64,000 bases of DNA, from the NCBI GenBank assembly GCA_026989135.1, contig JALSJZ010000092.1, positions 439 through 64,438 of the forward strand, in the 5' to 3' direction. This document shows positions 56,809 through 64,000 of the stretch, piece by piece. A program made the position numbers and the translations under genes. A model generated the notes under the pieces. That model was not told where the DNA came from, made no database searches, and saw nothing but the letters and a program-made list of their open reading frames with translations. Position 1 is the stretch's first letter. The number at the start of each line of letters is the position of its first letter. The stretch comes from Sedimenticola sp. GTDB lineage: Bacteria > Pseudomonadota > Gammaproteobacteria > Chromatiales > Chromatiaceae.

Positions 56809-57192
56809 ATGGCAAAAGATAGCAGCCGCAAGAAGGTAAAGAAGAGCATCACCGATGGTGTTGCTCATATTCATGCCTCTTTCAACAACACCATTATTAC
56901 CATCACAGACCGCCAGGGTAATGCGCTGGCATGGGCGACCGCAGGCGGATCTGGATTTCGTGGCTCACGTAAGAGCACGCCATTTGCTGCGCAGGTCGCT
57001 GCTGACCGTGCCGGTAATATGGTTAAAGAATTTGGTGTAAAAAACCTCGATGTAAGTGTGAATGGGCCGGGGCCTGGTCGTGAATCTGCTGTCCGCGCAC
57101 TCAATAATGCGGGGTTTAAAATCACCAGCATTACAGATGTGACGCCGATCCCACACAACGGCTGTCGTCCGCCTAAAAAGCGCCGCGTCTGA
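56809..57192 (+). CDS. rpsK: 30S ribosomal protein S11
   Basis: [46 protein letters not shown]. Confidence 0.99.
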   Translation: MAKDSSRKKVKKSITDGVAHIHASFNNTIITITDRQGNALAWATAGGSGFRGSRKSTPFAAQVAADRAGNMVKEFGVKNLDVSVNGPGPGRESAVRALNNAGFKITSITDVTPIPHNGCRPPKKRRV

Positions 57193-57208
57193 TTTCGGAG
57201 TATCAAAA

Positions 57209-57829
57209 ATGGCAAGGTATATTGGTCCAAAATGTAAACTGAGTCGACGCGAAGGCACCGATCTCTTTCTCAAGAGCCGTTCCCGCTCTCTTGATTCCAA
57301 ATGCAACATGGAAAAGGTTCCGGGGCAGCAGACAGAGCGGCGTCGTCGCGTCTCAGATTACGGCCTCCAGCTGCGTGAAAAGCAAAAGATGCGCCGCCTG
57401 TATGGTGTTATGGAAAAGCAGTTCCGTAACTACTACAAAAAGGCCGCTCAGATCAAAGGCGCCACAGGTGAAAACCTCTTGCAGCTTCTGGAAAAGCGCC
57501 TGGATAATGTTGTCTACCGTATGGGGTTTGGCAGTACCCGTGCCGAAGCGCGCCAGTTGATCAGCCACAAGGCGATTGAGGTCAATGGCAAGGTGATCAA
57601 CATCGCCTCTTATCAGGTCAGTGAGAATGATGAGGTTGCCGTCAGAGAGAAGAGTCGCAAGCAGATCAGGATTCAAAGCGCTTTGGCTATCGCTGAACAG
57701 TATGGCTTTGCCGATTGGGTTGAGGTTGACGCTAAAGCGATGAAGGGCATTTTAAAGCGAGTACCTGACCGTTCAGAATTGCCAGCAGAAATCACAGAAC
57801 AGCTGGTTGTTGAGCTGTATTCAAAGTAA
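57209..57829 (+). CDS. rpsD: 30S ribosomal protein S4
   Basis: [23 protein letters not shown]... Confidence 0.99.
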   Translation: MARYIGPKCKLSRREGTDLFLKSRSRSLDSKCNMEKVPGQQTERRRRVSDYGLQLREKQKMRRLYGVMEKQFRNYYKKAAQIKGATGENLLQLLEKRLDNVVYRMGFGSTRAEARQLISHKAIEVNGKVINIASYQVSENDEVAVREKSRKQIRIQSALAIAEQYGFADWVEVDAKAMKGILKRVPDRSELPAEITEQLVVELYSK

Positions 57830-57851
57830 GGACGTTTCTAGAGGATCATCC

Positions 57852-58871
57852 ATGGCGGACTCCGTTACAGAATTTTTAAAGCCGCGTCTGGTCAATGTTC
57901 AGGCGATAAACGAGCGACATGCAAAGGTCTCGCTCGAGCCTTTAGAGCGTGGCTTTGGCCATACCCTGGGTAATGCATTGCGTCGAATTCTTCTCTCCTC
58001 AATGCCCGGCAGCGCAGTTGCCGAAGTTGAGATAGAGGGGGTTCTTCATGAGTACACCACTATCGAAGGCGTGCAGGAAGATGTGCTTGATATCCTGCTG
58101 AACCTGAAAGAGCTGGCAATTACCATGCATGCCAAGGATGAGGCGGTACTGACACTTAAAAAGAAAGGGCCAGGCCCTGTCTTGGCGAGCGACATTGCGC
58201 TGGATCATGATGTTGAAATTGCCAACCCGGATCATGTTATCGCCAATCTCACCAAAGAGGGCGAGCTGAACATGACCCTGTATGTGATTCGCGGTCGAGG
58301 TTATCAGCCTGCGGCCACGCGTCAAAGCCTCTCTGGTGATGAGCGCCCTATTGGCAGGCTACAACTTGATGCTTCGTTTAGCCCGGTAAAACGTCTGGCC
58401 TATTCAGTTGAAGCCGCGCGTGTTGCACAGAGAACGGATCTGGATCGGCTCGTCATTGACATGGAAACCAATGGTACGATTGATCCGGAAGAGTCTATTC
58501 GGCGAGCTGCAACAATACTGCAAGATCAGCTTTCTGCATTCGTCCTGCTGGATGAAACAACAGTCAGTGAAGCAGATGCACCGGTTGCGGAGGCGCAGAT
58601 TGACCCGATATTGTTGCGTCCGGTTGACGATCTTGAGCTTACCGTGCGTTCAGCCAACTGCCTTAAGGCAGAGAGTATATTCTTGATCGGGGATCTTATT
58701 CAGCGTACCGAGGTTGAGCTATTGAAAACGCCTAATCTGGGTAAAAAATCACTGACTGAGATCAAAGACGTGCTTGCAACACGCGGCCTCTCATTAGGCA
58801 TGCGCCTGGAAAACTGGCCGCCAGAGAGAAGTGCGGGTGAGACGAATGTCTTGTCTTCAGCCATGCTCTAA
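57852..58871 (+). CDS. rpoA: DNA-directed RNA polymerase subunit alpha
   Basis: Start at ATG 57852 ([17 protein letters not shown]...). [20 protein letters not shown] and C-terminal domain [14 protein letters not shown]. Confidence 0.98.
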   Translation: MADSVTEFLKPRLVNVQAINERHAKVSLEPLERGFGHTLGNALRRILLSSMPGSAVAEVEIEGVLHEYTTIEGVQEDVLDILLNLKELAITMHAKDEAVLTLKKKGPGPVLASDIALDHDVEIANPDHVIANLTKEGELNMTLYVIRGRGYQPAATRQSLSGDERPIGRLQLDASFSPVKRLAYSVEAARVAQRTDLDRLVIDMETNGTIDPEESIRRAATILQDQLSAFVLLDETTVSEADAPVAEAQIDPILLRPVDDLELTVRSANCLKAESIFLIGDLIQRTEVELLKTPNLGKKSLTEIKDVLATRGLSLGMRLENWPPERSAGETNVLSSAML

Positions 58872-58911
58872 CACATCTACTTTTAACTATTTACCGTAGG
58901 AAGTTGACCTA

Positions 58912-59301
58912 ATGCGTCATCGTAAATCAGGACGGCAGCTGAACCGTAATAGCAGTCATCGTAAAGCGATGTTTCGAAACATGACATGCTCGCTTTTGCA
59001 GCATGAGCTGATCAAGACAACGTTGCCAAAAGCAAAAGAGCTTCGCCGTGTCGCAGAGCCCATTATCACGCTTGCCAAGATTGACAGCGTGGCAAAGCGT
59101 CGCCTGGCCTTTTCACGGCTACGTGATGCGGAGGCGGTTAGCAAGCTGTTTTCTGAGATCGCCCCGCGCTTTGCCGACCGCCCCGGAGGCTATATCCGCA
59201 TTCTTAAATGTGGCTACCGTGTCGGAGATAAGGCACCAATGGCTTATGTGGAGCTGGTTGACCGACCAGAGGTTGAAGAGAGCGAAGCTGTAGAGGCGTA
59301 A
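58912..59301 (+). CDS. rplQ: 50S ribosomal protein L17
   Basis: [24 protein letters not shown]... Confidence 0.98.
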   Translation: MRHRKSGRQLNRNSSHRKAMFRNMTCSLLQHELIKTTLPKAKELRRVAEPIITLAKIDSVAKRRLAFSRLRDAEAVSKLFSEIAPRFADRPGGYIRILKCGYRVGDKAPMAYVELVDRPEVEESEAVEA

Positions 59302-59321
59302 TTTGCTTTCGATTTCGGCAC

Positions 59322-59350
59322 AAAAAAACCGGACTTTGTCCGGTTTTTTT
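59322..59350 (+). terminator. Rho-independent terminator of the alpha operon
   Basis: aaaaaaaccgga-ctttg-tccggttttttt. A perfect 6-bp GC-containing stem flanked by an A-run and a T7 run, so it could act in both directions. Confidence 0.85.
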
Positions 59351-59404
59351 GTGCCTGTAAAAGATCTAATCTCTTTCTGCTGTTTTTATTAAAAGGGTAT
59401 TTGC

Positions 59405-60157
59405 ATGAGCCAGACTGGGGGAGAATTTGTTAGCCAGTTTGTCCTGATAACAGACTTTGGTTGTCATGGCCCTTACCTGGGACAGATGCATGCTGTGTTG
59501 AAGACCCATGCGGCGCACATCCCAATTATTGACCTCCTATCTGATGCGCCCTTATGCAATCCCCGTGCTTCTGCATATTTGATTGCGGCACTATCGAATT
59601 ATATACCTGATGGTGCAGTTTTCCTCGCAGTTGTTGATCCAGGGGTTGGAGGAGCACGAGCCGGGATCATTGTAGAGAGTGACCGTCATCTGTTTGTTGG
59701 CCCGGATAATGGGCTTCTGTCTCAAGTAGTGCGCCAGTCAAGTGGGTGCAAGGCCTGGAAGATTGATTGGACTCCTCCACAATGCTCTTCCACTTTTCAC
59801 GGCAGAGATGTATTTGCACCCATCGCAGCCAAGCTGGCAAACCGTGAGCCGTTCCGTAGAGTGCCAATTGGTGTGGACTCTATGGTGGGGTTTGATTGGC
59901 CTGAAAATCTACATGAGTGCATTTATATTGATCACTATGGGAATATTTATACAGGTATTAAGAGCTGCGGAATTGGAAGTGATGCGGTAATAAAAGTTGG
60001 TGCTCATACCATCTGCTGCGCAAACACCTTTTCAGACAGGTTGCCTGGTGAGCTATTCTGGTATGTTAACTCTTGTGGGCTGATAGAGATCGCAGCCAAT
60101 CTCAATCGAGCCAGTGAGGTTCTTGATATGAAGGTGGGTGATGGAATAGCGCTGTAG
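59405..60157 (+). CDS. SAM hydrolase / SAM-dependent halogenase family protein (DUF62, S-adenosyl-L-methionine hydroxide adenosyltransferase-like)
   Basis: 250 aa. LITDFGCHGPYLGQMHAVL, VVDPGVGGARAGII, VGPDNGLLS and FHGRDVFAPIAAKLA match the PF01887-type family as I remember it. Confidence 0.8.
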   Translation: MSQTGGEFVSQFVLITDFGCHGPYLGQMHAVLKTHAAHIPIIDLLSDAPLCNPRASAYLIAALSNYIPDGAVFLAVVDPGVGGARAGIIVESDRHLFVGPDNGLLSQVVRQSSGCKAWKIDWTPPQCSSTFHGRDVFAPIAAKLANREPFRRVPIGVDSMVGFDWPENLHECIYIDHYGNIYTGIKSCGIGSDAVIKVGAHTICCANTFSDRLPGELFWYVNSCGLIEIAANLNRASEVLDMKVGDGIAL

Positions 60158-61138
60158 CTATGAAGGTCTCTGTTTTGCCATTATTTTTATGAAGTGCTTG
60201 ACCAGTTCCTGATCCCACTGGCCGTTATTGGTTTCACTTTCAAAGATGCTGAGAGCTATCTCTTTCTGCATCGCCTTTCGATATGGCCGGGTGGATGTCA
60301 TGGCATCGTAGGTGTCTGCAATGGAGATGATTCTTGCACCTAAAGGGATCTCTTCGCCCATTAGTCCATCAGGCTTCCCATTGCCATCATAACGTTCATG
60401 GTGATGCTTTATCATTGGGATGATGTCAGACAGGGATTTTAGCGGCTGGCAGATTGTTGCGCCTATGGATGGGTGGGCGATTACATCTTCATATTCATCG
60501 CCCTGGAGGGCCCCTTTTTTCGATAGCACTTTTCCGCTTACACCGATCTTGCCAATATCATGGAGGATGCCGGCTTTATGAATGCGGTCTTGTGCGCGGT
60601 CGGATAGCCCGACAGCTTTTGCCAAATCAGTGGCCAATGCTGCAACACGCTCCGAGTGACCTTTGGTGTAGGGGTCTTTGGCTTCCAGTGCTAAAGCCAG
60701 TGTCAGTATAATATCCTCGCTGCTATCCAGGTCATCATGCAGGCTCTTGATTCTTAACAGCGAACGAACACGAGCCATCAATTCATGCTTGTTAAAAGGC
60801 TTGGAGAGAAAGTCGTCTGCGCCGGCATTCAGCCCTTTAATCTTATCCTCAATCTCGGTGAGTGCAGTGATCATGATAATAGGGATAAAACGGGTCTTTT
60901 CATTGTTCTTCAGTTGAGTGCAGACCTGGTAGCCGTCCAGCCCTGGCATCATGATGTCGAGCAAAAGCAGATCGGGTGCCTCTGTAATAGCCATCTCGAG
61001 TCCTGAGTGACCATTGTACGCGGTGATAACCTCATAATCAGCGGCATAAAGGTAGGCCTCCAGCAGTTCGACGTTGGTAATATTGTCGTCGATGACCAGT
61101 ATTCTTTGTCTGCGGTTATGCATGAGGCTGGTTCTCAT
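60158..61138 (-). CDS. Two-component response regulator with HD-GYP-type phosphodiesterase output (RpfG-like)
   Basis: REC domain (RILVIDDNITNVELL...LLLLDIMMPGLDGY...IPIIMITAL) followed by an HD domain (HSERVAALA...ILHDIGKIGV...HHERYDGNGKPDGL). The GYP motif reads GKP. Confidence 0.88.
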   Translation of the reverse strand: MRTSLMHNRRQRILVIDDNITNVELLEAYLYAADYEVITAYNGHSGLEMAITEAPDLLLLDIMMPGLDGYQVCTQLKNNEKTRFIPIIMITALTEIEDKIKGLNAGADDFLSKPFNKHELMARVRSLLRIKSLHDDLDSSEDIILTLALALEAKDPYTKGHSERVAALATDLAKAVGLSDRAQDRIHKAGILHDIGKIGVSGKVLSKKGALQGDEYEDVIAHPSIGATICQPLKSLSDIIPMIKHHHERYDGNGKPDGLMGEEIPLGARIISIADTYDAMTSTRPYRKAMQKEIALSIFESETNNGQWDQELVKHFIKIMAKQRPS

Positions 61139-61156
61139 TATTGTGTAAAGGCAGCG

Positions 61157-63064
61157 TTAATAGGGCTCTAAGGTAAGCGGTGTATGTATGGGGATGGTAA
61201 AAGTGAAGCAACTCCCTTGATGTTGTCTGCTGAACACTGATATGTGGCCGCCGTGCATCTCAACAAACTCCTTGGTTAAGGCAAGTCCCAAGCCGGTTCC
61301 TTCATAGTTTCGAGAGGAGGAGCCATCTACCTGTCGGAAAGGTTTAAAGATGTTTTCGATGTGCTCATGTGGGATTCCTATGCCGGTGTCGCTTACCGAT
61401 ACCTTTAAATTGCTGTCGATTTGCTGGACAGTAACGGTTATGTTTCCACCCTCTGGAGTGAATTTGATTGCGTTACTTAGAAGATTGTACATGATCTGCC
61501 GAAACCGAACGCAATCAGCAATGATTAAATCGGGGGCTTGCTCAGTATGAAAAGAGAGTTTTACATTGGCTTTGGAAGCCAGCTGCAAGCTGAGGTTATG
61601 AACCTCAATAATGGCATCGGTAACGACCAGCTCCCTTAAATGAAGAGTCATTTTGCCAGCTTCAATCTTTGACAGGTCAAGAATGTCGTTGATCACTTCA
61701 AGCAGATGCTTTCCGCTTTTATAGATATTGTTTAAGTATCTGCGTTGCTTCTCATTAATTTCACCGTAGACCTCTTCTGTCAGCACCTCGGAAAAACCCA
61801 TAATGGCATTTAGCGGTGTGCGAAGTTCATGCGACATGCTGGCCAAGAATTGTGATTTCAGGTGGCTGGCCTTTTCAAGCTCTTCATTGGAGGCCTTAAG
61901 TTCGAGTGTTCTCTCCTGGATCTTTTTCTCCAGATCGGCATAAGATGATTTTAATGCCGTTGTCATCTTGTTGAACTCTTCCGCAAGATCCTCGATTTCA
62001 TCAGAAGATTGAACCTCAATTTTATGATCAAGATTTCCGCCTCCAATAATAGAGGCGCCTTCCTTTAGCGTGTGAATAGGGTTGATCAGTTTTTTTAGCA
62101 GTAAATAGATGATGAGTGTAAGCAGAAGTGCCAAAATAAATCCGGGTAATGCGGCACCGATCAACACGCTTCTTGTGGGTGCAATAAAGGCCTCAATAGC
62201 AGGCTGTGTGATAGAGACATACAGCTCATCAGTGCCGCTATAGATTAATCCGGTCTGATAAGCCAATGAAAGGGGTGTCAGGGTGTGGAGAGACTCAATG
62301 CCGTGCTCATCAATCTCTATGTTCCACTGTTTTGTGCCAGATGCAATTGCATCGGTGAGCTGTGTTGAAAAGGGTATGTTGCCAGTGGTAACGATAGGAT
62401 CATAAACAAGCATGCCGGATTTCGTGAGCAGGTTAAAGTGCCCTGCTTCCACAGGGTTGCTGATTTGAATTCTGCTTAGCAGCTGGGGGATGTTCAAATA
62501 TGTAATCATGCCCCCAATGACGCTACTGTTATTATCTTCAGTATGGCTGTGGATGGGGGTAAAGATCGGGATATAGAACCCCTTGCTGGTATGGCTGTTG
62601 ATTGGGTCGCCAACCATTGAATTTGCAGTGATGTCGTTAAAAACAGAGAGCGCAAAGGTGCTTTTTGGAGGCGCCTCGATCTCTGCGCCTAACTGCAATA
62701 TCAGATTGCCAGCCTGGTTGTAGATAAGATAGGTGGCATAGGGTTTGTGGTTTATCCCTTTGCTGAAACCGTTTTTTATTGAGGCGCTGAGTGGCTTCTG
62801 TTCGTCCGTTGTGCTGCGAACCAGGAGGTGAACATCGGGGTGTTGTATTATGAGCATCCCTTCCGATGCTTCTTTATCGAGGGTGGTGCGGATATTTGCT
62901 GCTATTTGATGGGTAAGGTGGATCAGACTTTTGCCCGTCGATTGCCGAAAAATATCCATCCCCCAGATGTAGATGGATGCGATGCCAAACAGTCCCGGAA
63001 TGAATCCAATAGCCAGCATGCTGAGAAGGATTTTTGATTTGATATTGATGCGTTTGGTTAGCAT
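61157..63064 (-). CDS. Sensor histidine kinase (two transmembrane (TM) segments, large periplasmic Cache-like domain, HAMP, HisKA, HATPase_c)
   Basis: 635 aa. TM1 ILLSMLAIGFIPGLFGIASIYIWG and TM2 VLIGAALPGFILALLLTLIIYLL. H-box FLASMSHELRTPLNAI, N-box LLSNAIKFTPEGG, G-boxes DTGIGI and GTGLGLAL. Confidence 0.9.
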   Translation of the reverse strand: MLTKRINIKSKILLSMLAIGFIPGLFGIASIYIWGMDIFRQSTGKSLIHLTHQIAANIRTTLDKEASEGMLIIQHPDVHLLVRSTTDEQKPLSASIKNGFSKGINHKPYATYLIYNQAGNLILQLGAEIEAPPKSTFALSVFNDITANSMVGDPINSHTSKGFYIPIFTPIHSHTEDNNSSVIGGMITYLNIPQLLSRIQISNPVEAGHFNLLTKSGMLVYDPIVTTGNIPFSTQLTDAIASGTKQWNIEIDEHGIESLHTLTPLSLAYQTGLIYSGTDELYVSITQPAIEAFIAPTRSVLIGAALPGFILALLLTLIIYLLLKKLINPIHTLKEGASIIGGGNLDHKIEVQSSDEIEDLAEEFNKMTTALKSSYADLEKKIQERTLELKASNEELEKASHLKSQFLASMSHELRTPLNAIMGFSEVLTEEVYGEINEKQRRYLNNIYKSGKHLLEVINDILDLSKIEAGKMTLHLRELVVTDAIIEVHNLSLQLASKANVKLSFHTEQAPDLIIADCVRFRQIMYNLLSNAIKFTPEGGNITVTVQQIDSNLKVSVSDTGIGIPHEHIENIFKPFRQVDGSSSRNYEGTGLGLALTKEFVEMHGGHISVFSRQHQGSCFTFTIPIHTPLTLEPY

Positions 63065-63184
63065 ATAAACTGTGGCTCTTTATCTGACCCAGTGGCTATA
63101 AAGTGGAGGATAGCTTGAAAGCATGAATTGGAAAACCATAAATGCTGTCAGCTGCTGTGATTCAGCAGGCCTTTAATTAAGGGG

Positions 63185-63212
63185 ATAAAAAATGCCGCCC
63201 TAAAGGCGGCAT
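63185..63212 (-). terminator. Rho-independent terminator (minus strand) between the small ORF and the kinase gene
   Basis: The minus strand reads atgccgcc-tttag-ggcggcat followed by tttttt. It lies 22 nt downstream of the stop of ORF 63234-63443. Confidence 0.75.
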
Positions 63213-63233
63213 TGTTAGCTATCCGTATGGAAG

Positions 63234-63443
63234 CTATTCAAATCTGGCAAGAATTTCAGCGGCTGGAATATCTGCAAGCTCTGGAGGCATACTGTTTGGA
63301 GAGACTTCCAGTTGTATCTCTTGCAGCGCAAGAGAGGGGGTGAAAAAATCATCCCTGTATGCGGTAGCGGGGTGCTCTGTCTGTATCGTACTGTTGCTAC
63401 TGATCAACGCACCACTGGCCATATCAATCACAGTCATCATCAC
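63234..63443 (-). CDS. Hypothetical small acidic protein (69 aa); the coding status and the coding strand are both uncertain
   Basis: ORF MMMTVIDMASGALISSNSTIQTEHPATAYRDDFFTPSLALQEIQLEV..., with its own downstream terminator. I recognise no family. Hydrophobic plus-strand ORFs overlap it. Confidence 0.35.
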   Translation of the reverse strand: MMMTVIDMASGALISSNSTIQTEHPATAYRDDFFTPSLALQEIQLEVSPNSMPPELADIPAAEILARFE

Positions 63444-63644
63444 TCTTCTCCCGTCTACTGGCTCTTGCCTGTTCTATCGGCGGTCTACTGGATTACTTAA
63501 GGAGGGGGTTGATCAATCTCCCCCCTGAACCCGAGAGTTCCAAGGTTATCTTAGCGTGATGTGCAGTTGTATCATCATAATCATTGCATTGTACAGGCGG
63601 TTTCGCGATGATATTCGTTTCACCTCAAGAGCAGGGGGCAAGAT

Positions 63645-64000
63645 GTGAGCTGGTGGGGAAAAGTAGTTGGTGGGGCCTTTGGGTTTATGGTGGGTGGCCC
63701 GCTCGGCGCACTGCTGGGTGCGGCACTGGGTCATAATCTGGACAAAGGGCTTAAGGGTCTGGATGGGGCGGAAAAGCTTGATCCTGGCGATCGTGAGCGG
63801 GTACAGACCGCCTTTTTTACCGCCACCTTCTCTGTGATGGGGCATGTGGCCAAGGTGGATGGCCGGGTCTCCGCAGATGAGATTGCGCTGGCGCAATCGG
63901 TGATGAATGAGATGGATCTGGCACCCCACCTGCGCCAGACCGCCATGCGCCTCTTTACCGAGGGGAAGGCGGCTGATTTCCCGCTGGATGATGTGCTGGA
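63645..64000 (+). CDS. djlA: Co-chaperone DjlA (N-terminal TM plus TerB-like domain), 3'-truncated by the window edge
   Basis: Not in the ORF track because it has no stop within the window. GTG 63645 has AGGGGG 6 nt upstream. My hand translation is SWWGKVVGGAFGFMVGGPLGALLGAALGHNLDKG...RERVQTAFFTATFSVMGHVAKVDGRVSADEIALAQSVMNEMDL, collinear with the E. coli DjlA N-terminus. Confidence 0.85.
   Translation, partial: MSWWGKVVGGAFGFMVGGPLGALLGAALGHNLDKGLKGLDGAEKLDPGDRERVQTAFFTATFSVMGHVAKVDGRVSADEIALAQSVMNEMDLAPHLRQTAMRLFTEGKAADFPLDDVL

Noticed and set aside
63546-63946. Minus-strand ORFs of 127 and 71 aa at the window end
   Set aside because: They are antisense to the plus-strand frame that encodes an unmistakable DjlA N-terminus. 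That frame is missed by the track because it has no in-window stop.

Overview
This window looks like a core chromosomal segment of a gammaproteobacterium; that is an inference from gene order and protein sequences, and the order cannot be determined by eye. About 80% of it is housekeeping. From 5' to 3' it holds: a 5'-truncated beta-helix protein; rpoH-ftsXEY (minus strand); two M16 peptidases; rsmD-coaD-yfhL-ggt; one 1678-aa secreted multidomain protein; moeB-prmC-prfA-hemA (minus strand); a TPR lipoprotein, then ispE, tRNA-Gln, prs, rplY and pth. Next comes the complete tRNA(Tyr,Gly,Thr)-tufB-tRNA(Trp)-secE-nusG-rplKAJL-rpoBC-rpsLG-fusA-tufA-S10-spc-alpha ribosomal supercluster, ending at rplQ. 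The last part holds a DUF62 SAM hydrolase-like gene, an HD-GYP response regulator plus sensor kinase pair, a small orphan ORF, and the 5' end of djlA. I found no rRNA, CRISPR array, transposase or integrase, prophage genes, or recognisable defence or toxin-antitoxin genes. I also found no convincing novel multi-gene system. The parts worth a second look are non-coding or single-gene. (1) A structured repeat (237 bp and 258 bp copies) bounded by terminal inverted repeats (TIRs) occurs twice in inverted orientation, each time in the sense orientation and flush against a gene start (rsmD, moeB). Together the copies bracket a 10-kb segment. (2) The giant NHL-propeller/lectin-like/TSP3 protein has a near-identical internal 468-bp tandem duplication and an unfamiliar basic GF..RTF C-terminal repeat tail. 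It sits between two palindromic repeat clusters at an apparent synteny junction. (3) A REP-like palindrome family has one copy that appears split by a 119-bp AT-rich insert. (4) A small locus next to djlA has an ambiguous coding strand. All coordinates were hand-counted, and start codons I moved away from the ORF track are explained in the evidence fields.
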